From an uncultured virus (IMG/VR IMGVR_UViG_2898799289_000011) (Duplodnaviria > Heunggongvirae > Uroviricota > Caudoviricetes): a stretch of 64,000 nucleotides of DNA. Below the pieces are notes generated by a model, which had not been told where the DNA came from, did not search any database, and was given only the letters and a program-made list of their open reading frames with translations. Below are positions 56,272 through 64,000 of this stretch, in pieces. The stretch lies in IMG/VR virus record IMGVR_UViG_2898799289_000011. One strand, 5' to 3'. Made by a program: the position numbers and the translations under genes. Each line of letters starts with the position of its first letter. Position 1 is the stretch's first letter.

Positions 56272-58130
56272 AACGGTGCCTGATCGAATGCGGCGTGCCG
56301 CAGGCATCCGAGGCTGATGCGCTCGCGATGAACGTCAGCGAGCCGGGCAAGAACGTCAATCTGAGGATCGACTACATCAGCCGCTCGATGATCGGAAACA
56401 TTCCCGACCTGTTGATCGACCTCCTCGAAGTGGCAGCCTATGTGTACTGCGCCGATCAGCGCATTGCACGTGGGTCCGCCATGCTCACGAACTTCGGGGA
56501 AGACTGGCGCCGCAGTCTGACCTTCTCGATTCCCGTACGTCACCCTGAGGTCTGGCAGCGTGCAGATGTGCAGGAGCTCCTCATCGATACGCTCGGGTTC
56601 CTGTCCGACGACAGCTATGAGTTCAGTTTCCGCAAGGCGGAAGCGCCGGTGCAGCCGCGAGAGCTGTATTTTCCGGAGCTTCTCGACGCCTTCCAGGAAA
56701 ACGATGAGGTGGCGCTCTTCTCCGGGGGTGTCGATTCTTTTGCCGGCGCCGTCAACGACATCGTCACTCTCGGCAAGTCAGTAACCCTCGTCGGCCATTA
56801 CTCGTCAACGAAAGTACGAAACGTTCAGGAAGAGCTCATCCGCGATCTGAGACAGCGCGGGTATGAAAGGCGGGTCTCCTACGTTCCCGTCTGGGTCTCG
56901 AATGAGGTCGCCAAGCCCGTCGAGTTCACGCAGCGGACCCGCTCGTTCCTGTTTGCCTGTCTCGGTCTCGTCGTGGCGCAGATGTCGGGCAAAAACGGGT
57001 TCAGCTTCTATGAGAATGGGGTTGTCAGCATCAACCCGCCCCTGGCGGGCGACGTGGTCGGCGGCCGGGCAACGCGTACGACGCATCCCAAGGTTCTCCG
57101 CGGGTTGGAGGCGCTGTTCTCGACCCTGCTCGACAGTGAGATTGAGATCCGCACTCCGCTTCAATGGCTGACCAAGAAAGAGGTCACACAGAAGATCGCC
57201 GATGCGGGCGTTGCAGACATGCTTGCCGCCACGGTGAGTTGCACGCGACCGCGCAGCTGGACGGTCAAGCAGAAGCACTGCGGGCTCTGTTCGCAGTGCA
57301 TCGATAGGAGGTTTGCCATCTTGGCTGCAGGACTGGAAAAGTTTGAACCGTCGCAGAACTACAAGCGCGACCTCCTCCTCGGGGATCGCAGCGCCGACGA
57401 TGAGTTGCGAATGGCTCTGAGCTATGTCGCGTTCTTTCGAGACGTCGCCGCGATGCCGAAGGCGCGTTTTCTTTCTGGGTTCCAGCAGGTCATTTCCGCG
57501 CTCGATCACTTTCCTGATCTGTCTGTCGACGAGGCAGGATCACGCCTGTTCGAGTTGTTTCAGCGGCATGCGCGCTCGGTAGAAGAAGTCATTGCCAGGG
57601 CGCTTATCGAGCATGGCGACAGGCTTTACAGGGGCGAGGTTCCGTCTGGTTCGCTTCTGGCGACTTGCTTCACTCGAGACCATGTCGAGATCGCGCCGGA
57701 GTCCGACTATGATCGGCAGGCCACCGATTTCGTCGACAAGCTCAGTGCCCCCATTCTCGAGTTCGCGGTGGATCACGATGCCGAGCAGGTGCTCTTCCAT
57801 GGCGGGCATCTTCTCGAAGGTGCGAACTACCGCTTCGTGAACGCGCTGATCGAGAATTTTCGGAAGGCCAAGCGGACGCGCTCGGAGGTCCAGTTCATGC
57901 CACCTCATGATGTGGCGGACAAAATCGGCATATCCGAGCAGTCGATGCGCCAGCAACTGCGCAGGTTGCGAGACGCGCTCGACCCGCTGGCGGTGATGCT
58001 CGGGATCCCGCTGGATCAGGACAGTTTCATCGAGACCAAGGATCGCGCTGGCTACCGCCTCAACCCGGCATGCCGTGAGATCGCCCTCGGCGACATTCAT
58101 CCCCCGAATCCGGCTGCGTCACAGGAATAA
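56268..58130 (+). CDS. QueC/QatC-like PP-loop enzyme fused to a C-terminal winged-helix domain
   Basis: FSGGVDS, QRTRSFLF, ENG, TRTTHP, VSC..HCGLCSQC; tail DVADKIGISEQSMRQQLRRLR..IETKDRAGYRLN. Confidence 0.8.
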   Translation: MKRCLIECGVPQASEADALAMNVSEPGKNVNLRIDYISRSMIGNIPDLLIDLLEVAAYVYCADQRIARGSAMLTNFGEDWRRSLTFSIPVRHPEVWQRADVQELLIDTLGFLSDDSYEFSFRKAEAPVQPRELYFPELLDAFQENDEVALFSGGVDSFAGAVNDIVTLGKSVTLVGHYSSTKVRNVQEELIRDLRQRGYERRVSYVPVWVSNEVAKPVEFTQRTRSFLFACLGLVVAQMSGKNGFSFYENGVVSINPPLAGDVVGGRATRTTHPKVLRGLEALFSTLLDSEIEIRTPLQWLTKKEVTQKIADAGVADMLAATVSCTRPRSWTVKQKHCGLCSQCIDRRFAILAAGLEKFEPSQNYKRDLLLGDRSADDELRMALSYVAFFRDVAAMPKARFLSGFQQVISALDHFPDLSVDEAGSRLFELFQRHARSVEEVIARALIEHGDRLYRGEVPSGSLLATCFTRDHVEIAPESDYDRQATDFVDKLSAPILEFAVDHDAEQVLFHGGHLLEGANYRFVNALIENFRKAKRTRSEVQFMPPHDVADKIGISEQSMRQQLRRLRDALDPLAVMLGIPLDQDSFIETKDRAGYRLNPACREIALGDIHPPNPAASQE

Positions 58131-58221
58131 CGACCCGACGTCACAGGCCGCCGCGCACAACGTCACAATCTGCCAAGCGAAGCCCCGTTTTTCGGGGCTT
58201 TTTTCTTGTCTGCACGTCACA
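58117..58221 (+). promoter_or_regulatory. Four CGTCACA direct repeats
   Basis: Starts at 58117, 58139, 58161 (22-bp period) and 58215. Confidence 0.6.
58180..58204 (+). terminator. Intrinsic terminator
   Basis: AAGCCCCG-TTTTT-CGGGGCTT-TTTT. Confidence 0.75.
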
Positions 58222-58333
58222 AGAAAGTCCGGGCGTGATCATTTATTCGAGGCCGCAAAACACTGAAATTGTTCGCATATCCGGGCGCATCAACGCGCCG
58301 GGGTGAACAACGGACAACTCAGTGAGGTTTCGG

Positions 58334-58543
58334 ATGTCAGTCACGCATCTCAACCAGGTCGAGCTGGCGGCTCGATGGAAGATCAGCCCGCGCACGCTGG
58401 AGCGCTGGCGTTGGACCGGTGAGGGCCCCGCCTTCATCAAGATCGGAGGCCGGGTCGTGTACCGGCTCGAGGATGTCGAGGCCTACGAGGCCAACCGGCA
58501 CTGTTCGAGCACGGCCGACAAGCCCGCCGTGAAGCTGGCGTGA
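58334..58543 (+). CDS. Small HTH DNA-binding protein (excisionase-like)
   Basis: Paralog of 1-204; GAGG RBS. Confidence 0.85.
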   Translation: MSVTHLNQVELAARWKISPRTLERWRWTGEGPAFIKIGGRVVYRLEDVEAYEANRHCSSTADKPAVKLA

Positions 58544-58553
58544 GGGGGCGGCC

Positions 58554-59039
58554 ATGACGATCCCCAACCGCATCACCCTCGACGATCTGCCCACCCTGCC
58601 GGTCGGCGAGATCGCCGCGCTGGCGGGCGACCAGCTGGCGCTCCTGAAGCAGGACGCCGACGAGCGGCTGCGTTCCGCGAAGACCTGCTGCGACTGGATC
58701 GATGGCGCCATCGCGCTGAAGTACGGCGACCAGGCGCAGGACGCGCGCCGCGCGGAGGGCAAGGACACCGGCACTGTCCGGCTGCAGGATGGCCCGGTCA
58801 CCGTGGTGGCAGAACTCGCCAAGCGCGTTGAATGGGACCAGACGATGCTCGCCGGTCTGGTCGAGCGCATCCGGGCGGATGGCGCTGATCCCGCCGAGTA
58901 CGTGGACATCACGCTCAGCGTCCCCGAGCGCAAGTACACCGCCTGGCCCAAGGACATCCGCGAGGAGTTCGAGCCCGCCCGCACGGTTCGCACCGGCAAG
59001 CCCAAGTTCCGACTGCTGCTCGGCGAGGAGGCGCGCTGA
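58554..59039 (+). CDS. Conserved phage early protein
   Basis: Paralog of 593-1081. Confidence 0.8.
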   Translation: MTIPNRITLDDLPTLPVGEIAALAGDQLALLKQDADERLRSAKTCCDWIDGAIALKYGDQAQDARRAEGKDTGTVRLQDGPVTVVAELAKRVEWDQTMLAGLVERIRADGADPAEYVDITLSVPERKYTAWPKDIREEFEPARTVRTGKPKFRLLLGEEAR

Positions 59040-59785
59040 TGGCCATTTCGCTCGCATCCCTGCAAACCTCGACGGTACTGCGCCCGCCGCGTGTGCTGAT
59101 CCACGGTGTCGCCGGCATCGGCAAGTCCACCTTCGCCGCGTCGGCCGACGCGCCCGTGTTCGTCCTGACCGAGGACGGTCTCGGCAAGCTGCAGGTGCCG
59201 CACTTCCCGTTGGCGACGAGCTACGCGGAGGTCGCCGAGGCGCTCGATGCCCTGCTCGACGAGGACCACGCCTATTCCACGGTCGTCGTGGACAGCGTGG
59301 ACTGGCTGGAGCCGCTGATCTGGGCCGAGGCCTGCCGTCGGAACGGCTGGCCGTCGATCGAAAGCCCCGGCTTCGGGAAGGGCTACGCGGAGGCGCTGAA
59401 CATCTGGCGCGAATACATCGACAGGCTGAACGCGCTGCGTGACCGCAAGAGCATGGCGGTCATCCAGATCGCCCACACCGACATCAAGCGCTTCGACAGC
59501 CCTGAGCACGAACCCTACGACCGGTACGTGATCAAGCTGCAGACCCGCGCGTCCGCGCTGCTGCAGGAGCACTCGGACGTGGTGCTCTTTGCCAACTACC
59601 GGATCTCGGTCAGCAAGTCCGACGTCGGATTCAACAAGAAGGTCACCCGGGCGCTCGGGTCCGGTGCGCGCGTCATGCACACCGAGGAGCGCCCCGCCTT
59701 CCTCGCCAAGAACCGCTACGGCCTGCCGGAAACCCTCCCGCTCGAGTGGTCGGAGTTCCTGGCCGCCATGCCCCAATCCGCCTGA
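59039..59785 (+). CDS. AAA_24 / Sak4-like ATPase
   Basis: GVAGIGKST, VVVDSVDW, AKNRYGLP. Confidence 0.85.
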   Translation: MAISLASLQTSTVLRPPRVLIHGVAGIGKSTFAASADAPVFVLTEDGLGKLQVPHFPLATSYAEVAEALDALLDEDHAYSTVVVDSVDWLEPLIWAEACRRNGWPSIESPGFGKGYAEALNIWREYIDRLNALRDRKSMAVIQIAHTDIKRFDSPEHEPYDRYVIKLQTRASALLQEHSDVVLFANYRISVSKSDVGFNKKVTRALGSGARVMHTEERPAFLAKNRYGLPETLPLEWSEFLAAMPQSA

Positions 59786-59807
59786 TTGCGACTGAAAGGA
59801 CAGAACG

Positions 59808-60314
59808 ATGGCACGTTTCGACACCGCCTTCGACGCCACCGGCATCGAGCCCACCACCGCCTATGAGATCCTGCCCGCCGGCAAGTACCGCGCGCAGATC
59901 ATCGAGAGCGAGATGCGCGTCACGAAGAACGGGATGGGGCAGTATCTCTGGCTCATGCTCGACATCCTCGAGGGGCCGCAGCAGGGCCGCAAGGTCTTCG
60001 ACCAGCTGAACCTCGTGAACGCCAACCCGACCACGGTCGAGATCGCGCAGCGAACGCTGTCGGCGATCTGCCACGCCACGGGCAAGCTGCAGGTGAACGA
60101 CAGCGAGGAGCTGCACCTGATCCCGATGACGATCCAGGTCGGGGTGAAGCCCCCGAAGGACGGCTACAGCGAGCGCAACACGATCCGCTACCTCGTGCCG
60201 GAGGCCCCGGCGCAGACGAGCCCGGCGCAGCCCGCCGTGGCAAGGCCTGCCGCCGCGCCCGTGCAGTCGGCGCCCGCCCGCCCGGCCACCGCGCCCTGGA
60301 ACCGCAAGAGCTGA
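59808..60314 (+). CDS. DUF669 ssDNA-binding-like protein
   Basis: LPAGKY, RKVFDQLNL, LSAICHATG; Pro/Ala tail ending APWNRKS. Confidence 0.8.
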   Translation: MARFDTAFDATGIEPTTAYEILPAGKYRAQIIESEMRVTKNGMGQYLWLMLDILEGPQQGRKVFDQLNLVNANPTTVEIAQRTLSAICHATGKLQVNDSEELHLIPMTIQVGVKPPKDGYSERNTIRYLVPEAPAQTSPAQPAVARPAAAPVQSAPARPATAPWNRKS

Positions 60315-60382
60315 CGCCCTCGGCCGCCGCGGGCTGAGACTTGGCTCGCGGCCCGGACATCGCCAGACCCGAGAGACCGACC

Positions 60383-60748
60383 ATGACCAACACCACCGAC
60401 GCGGCCTGCGCGGCCGCGAACGCCCCCGGCTTGCCTGACGACACCCGGCGCCTGATCGAGATCGAGGACGCCATCGCGAAGATCCGCACGCAGATCGCGA
60501 CCGCCGATCTGACGCGACAGCGGACGGCGAAGCCGATCGACCCCGACTGGTTTCATCGGGCGCGAACGGCGCTGCGCCACCTCAATCGCGAGCGCGCCGA
60601 GATCGTCGCCCGTCAGGGTGGCCGCCGTCGGCGCGAGCGCCTGAAGGACATGATCATCGCTGTCCTGCGCGAACGCCATGACAGCGCCGCCTGGACCGCG
60701 GTGCTGGCGGAGGCGCGGGCGCGGCTCGAGCGGGAGGAGGCGTGCTGA
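60383..60748 (+). CDS. Phage hypothetical protein
   Basis: Helical; TGATG overlap with the next gene. Confidence 0.7.
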   Translation: MTNTTDAACAAANAPGLPDDTRRLIEIEDAIAKIRTQIATADLTRQRTAKPIDPDWFHRARTALRHLNRERAEIVARQGGRRRRERLKDMIIAVLRERHDSAAWTAVLAEARARLEREEAC

Positions 60749-61692
60749 TGGCCGAGCTTCCCGACCCCCCGACGCCGACCCTCTCCGCGATCTACGCCTC
60801 CTACGAGGCCCGGCAGGGCGACGGCTTCCGCGACCACCTCGGCGCCTCGCTGATCGGCAAGTCCTGCGCCCGCGCGCTCTGGTATGACTTCCGCTGGGCG
60901 ACGCCCGCGCGACACATGGGCCGCATCCTGCGGCTGTTCGAGACCGGCCAACTGGAAGAGGCCCGGCTCGTGCGCGACCTGCGCGCCACTGGCGCGACGG
61001 TGCTGGAGGTCGATCCCGAGACCGGGCGGCAGTTCCGCGTCGAGGCCCATGGCGGGCACTTCGGCGGCTCGCTCGACGCCGTCGCCCTCGGGCTGCTCGA
61101 GGCGCCGAAGACCTGGCACGTCGTCGAGTTCAAGACGCATTCGGCGAAGAGCTTCGCCGAGTTGGACGCCAAGGGCGTCGCGCTCGCCAAGCCCCAGCAC
61201 GCCGCGCAGATGCAGGTCTACATGCACCTGACCGGCATCACGCGGGCGCTCTACGTCGCGGTCTGCAAGGACACCGACGCGCTGCACATCGAGCGTGTCT
61301 CGGCCGACCCCGAGATGGGCGAGCGCCTGCTGGAAAAGGCGCGGCGGATCATCTTCGCCCAGCACCCGCCCGAGCGGATCAGCGCAGATCCCGCATGGTT
61401 CGAGTGCCGGTTCTGCGACCACCACAGGCTCTGCCACGGTGAGGAGGCCGCGGCCGTCACCTGCCGGTCCTGCCTGCATTCCACGCCCATCGAAGGCGGC
61501 TGGCACTGCGCACGCCATGATCGGCTGCTCGACCCAGCCGACCAGCGCCGAGCCTGCCCGCGGCACCTGTTCATCCCCGATCTCGTCCCCGGCGAGGTGA
61601 CCGACGCAGGCGAGGACTTCGTCGCCTACCGCATGCGCGACGGCTCAGCCTGGACCAACGACGCCCGCGAAGAGGAGGCCGCCGCATGCTGA
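60748..61692 (+). CDS. PD-(D/E)XK Cas4-like exonuclease
   Basis: HLGAS..C, GSLD, VEFKT, QMQVY, CRFC, CRSC. Confidence 0.85.
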   Translation: MAELPDPPTPTLSAIYASYEARQGDGFRDHLGASLIGKSCARALWYDFRWATPARHMGRILRLFETGQLEEARLVRDLRATGATVLEVDPETGRQFRVEAHGGHFGGSLDAVALGLLEAPKTWHVVEFKTHSAKSFAELDAKGVALAKPQHAAQMQVYMHLTGITRALYVAVCKDTDALHIERVSADPEMGERLLEKARRIIFAQHPPERISADPAWFECRFCDHHRLCHGEEAAAVTCRSCLHSTPIEGGWHCARHDRLLDPADQRRACPRHLFIPDLVPGEVTDAGEDFVAYRMRDGSAWTNDAREEEAAAC

Positions 61693-63425
61693 CCCTGCGC
61701 CCCTACCAGCAGGCCGCGATCGCCTCGATCTACGGCTATTTCGAGAAGGAGAGCGGCAACCCGCTCGTCGTGATCCCCACGGCCGGCCGCAAGAGCCTCG
61801 TCATGGCCGCCTTCATCGACGGCGTGCTCAAGGCCTGGCCTGACCAGCGCGTGCTCGTCGTCACCCATGTGCGCGAGCTGATCGCGCAGAACCATGCCGA
61901 GATGCTCGGGCTCTGGCCCGAGGCGCCGGCGGGCATCTACTCGGCCGGTCTCGGCCGCCGTGACGCGCGGGCCCGGATCCTCTTCGCCGGCATCCAGTCG
62001 ATCCACGACAAGGCGACGCGCATCGGCCATGCGGATCTGGTGCTGATCGACGAGGCCCACCTGATCCCCGGCCGGTCGAACACCATGTATCGCCGCTTCC
62101 TCAATGACCTGCAGGCGATCAATCCGGCACTCAAGGTGATCGGTCTGACGGCGACGCCCTTCCGGCTCGACAGCGGCATGCTGCACGAGGGCGAGAACGC
62201 GCTCTTCACCGACATCGCCTACGAGGTGTCCGTCCGCGACCTGATCGATCAGGGCTGGCTCTCCCCGCTCATCTCGAAACAGACGAAGACCCGTCTCGAC
62301 GTGACGGGCGTGGGATCGCGGGGCGGCGAGTTCATCGCGCGCGATCTCGAGGACGCGGTCGACCAGGACGCCATCACGCGCGCGGCCGTGGCCGAGGTGA
62401 TCGCCCATGGCGAGACGCGCCGGTCCTGGCTCGCCTTCTGTTCCGGCGTTCGCCACGCCACCCATGTCGCCGAGGAGTTCCGCCGCCGCGGGGTCAGCTG
62501 CGCCACCATCTTCGGCAAGACGCCGAAGGACGAGCGTGACGCGATCATCGCCGCCTTCAAGCGCGGCGAGATCCGGGCGCTGGCCTCGATGGGCGTACTG
62601 ACGACGGGCTTCAACGCGCCGGCCGTGGATCTGATCGCCATGCTGCGGCCCACCAAGTCGGCCGGGCTCTATGTCCAGATGGCCGGACGGGGCACGCGGC
62701 TCGCCGAGGGCAAGGAGAACTGCCTGGTCTTGGATTTCGCGGGCAATGTCCGCCGCCATGGTCCCATCGATCTGGTGCGGCCGAAGCGGCCGGGCGGTCC
62801 GGGCGACGGGCCGCCACCCACGAAGATCTGCCCCGAATGCGGGACCATCGTGGCCATCGCGGCGCTCGAATGCCCCGACTGCGGCTTCGAGTTCCCCGGC
62901 CGCGAGGTGAAGCTCGAGCCGACCGCGTCGACGCTGGAGGTGCTGTCGACCGGCGAGCCGCAATGGGTCAGCGTCACCGACGTGACCTACAGCCGCCACG
63001 AGAAGCGCGGCGGGCGGGTCTCGCTGAAGGTCACCTATCGCAGCGGGCTCGCCTTTCACACGGAGTGGGTCTGCTTCGAGCACGACGGCTTTCCGCGCCG
63101 CAAGGCCGCGAGCTGGTGGCGCGAGCGGGCGCCCGAGATGGAAGTGCCCGAGTCCGTCGACGAGGCGCTCCTGCTGGCAGACCGGTTGCGTCGCCCCACC
63201 GAGATCGCCGTCCGCCCCGCGGGCCGCTTCACCGAAATCACTGGCTACAGGTTCGCCCCATGCCTCATAGCCGTGCCGGGCTCTGCGCCGTCTGCCACCG
63301 AGAACCCCGCGGCTGGGGCTGGTTCGACGCGCGCTTCCGCGTCTCCGACCCGCGGCGCAACACGAGCCGCCGACAGCTTTGCAGCCGGGTTTGCCAGGAC
63401 ATCTGCCACCGGAGGTCGGGCATGA
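61686..63425 (+). CDS. SF2 DEAH helicase (RadD/YejH-like) with Zn finger
   Basis: DEAH, TATP, QMAGRGTR, CPEC..CPDC; motif I reads TAGRKS. Confidence 0.88.
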   Translation: MLTLRPYQQAAIASIYGYFEKESGNPLVVIPTAGRKSLVMAAFIDGVLKAWPDQRVLVVTHVRELIAQNHAEMLGLWPEAPAGIYSAGLGRRDARARILFAGIQSIHDKATRIGHADLVLIDEAHLIPGRSNTMYRRFLNDLQAINPALKVIGLTATPFRLDSGMLHEGENALFTDIAYEVSVRDLIDQGWLSPLISKQTKTRLDVTGVGSRGGEFIARDLEDAVDQDAITRAAVAEVIAHGETRRSWLAFCSGVRHATHVAEEFRRRGVSCATIFGKTPKDERDAIIAAFKRGEIRALASMGVLTTGFNAPAVDLIAMLRPTKSAGLYVQMAGRGTRLAEGKENCLVLDFAGNVRRHGPIDLVRPKRPGGPGDGPPPTKICPECGTIVAIAALECPDCGFEFPGREVKLEPTASTLEVLSTGEPQWVSVTDVTYSRHEKRGGRVSLKVTYRSGLAFHTEWVCFEHDGFPRRKAASWWRERAPEMEVPESVDEALLLADRLRRPTEIAVRPAGRFTEITGYRFAPCLIAVPGSAPSATENPAAGAGSTRASASPTRGATRAADSFAAGFARTSATGGRA

Positions 63426-63646
63426 TCGATCCGACCCCCAATGAGTCGGCGGCCATGGTCGAGGGCGGCAAGGCCGGCGGCGCCTATCTCGACAGCCTCG
63501 GCCGGACCGATCTCGCCCAACTCAGCGAGGAGGAGTGGGACACCTTCGTCGAGGTGATTGTCACCGGCTACTGCGACCACCTGCGCGAACTGGCGGCGAA
63601 GGATCGCGCGCGGCTCGACGGCATGATCCCGGAGGTGCCCTTCTGA
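63260..63646 (+). CDS. DUF6511-like protein
   Basis: CAVC..LCSRVCQ..EVPF; paralog of 4282-4686. Confidence 0.7.
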   Translation: MPHSRAGLCAVCHREPRGWGWFDARFRVSDPRRNTSRRQLCSRVCQDICHRRSGMIDPTPNESAAMVEGGKAGGAYLDSLGRTDLAQLSEEEWDTFVEVIVTGYCDHLRELAAKDRARLDGMIPEVPF

Positions 63647-64000
63647 TGGCGGACACCTCGTGGATGGCGCGCGTCGGCGCGCGCCTCGTGACCAACGGCT
63701 ACGCGATCCTGCCGATCGCGCCCGGCACCAAGAAACCAGGCCAGTTCGCCCGCGCGGGCTGGTACGACTACCCGAAGTGGAACCGGCATGCGAGCCGCGC
63801 CACGACCGAGCTCGAGGTCGCGACCTGGTCCAGCTGGCCCGACTGCGGCGTCGGGATCGTCGGCGGCGCGGTCGCCGCGCTCGACATCGACATCGCCGAG
63901 GATGGCGAGTTGGCGCTGCACATCGAGCGGCTGGCCCGCGAGCGGCTTGGCGATACGCCGGCGCTCAGGATCGGCAAGGCACCGAAGCGGCTGCTGGTCT
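63646..64000 (+). CDS. Bifunctional primase-polymerase (Prim-Pol), truncated by the window edge
   Basis: TGATG overlap; GYAILPIAPGTKKP..GVGIVGG..ALDID..RIGKAPKRLLV. Confidence 0.8.
   Translation, partial: MADTSWMARVGARLVTNGYAILPIAPGTKKPGQFARAGWYDYPKWNRHASRATTELEVATWSSWPDCGVGIVGGAVAALDIDIAEDGELALHIERLARERLGDTPALRIGKAPKRLLV

Larger units (their letters stand above)
50440..64000. mobile_element. Second prophage-like element; right end outside window
   Basis: Starts at the att core; defence-like cargo, then a paralogous phage replication module. Confidence 0.75.

Noticed and set aside
56268..58130. Housekeeping queC or a dpd DNA-modification cluster
   Set aside because: At 620 aa it is much longer than QueC, and no queD, queE, folE or dpdA is nearby

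Overview
High-GC alphaproteobacterial (Rhodobacteraceae-like, inferred from the RcGTA-type tail genes) window holding two related prophage-like elements in tandem. They meet at a duplicated 3' half of a tRNA-Met(CAT) gene (50440-50484). Element 1 (<1-50484) is a near-complete siphovirus prophage. It carries a replication/recombination module, two DNA methyltransferases, a lambda-type terminase, portal and protease-capsid fusion, an RcGTA-like tail with a lysis cassette inside it, a DprA+PRTase (ShosTA-like) moron, a ZorABCD-like locus with an upstream WYL regulator, and a tyrosine integrase. Element 2 (50440->64000) starts with cargo: a Lit-family peptidase plus two paralogous nuclease-like genes, a Fic protein, and a Met-Gly helical protein paired with a QueC/QatC-like enzyme fused to a winged helix. 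A second replication module follows. Best candidates for something new: (1) the QueC-wHTH pair next to phased CGTCACA repeats upstream of the phage early operon; (2) a C5 methyltransferase split over two fully overlapping frames; (3) the Lit plus twin-nuclease operon; (4) a Zorya variant lacking an obvious ZorD nuclease tail. All family calls come from reading motifs by eye; no database searches were run.
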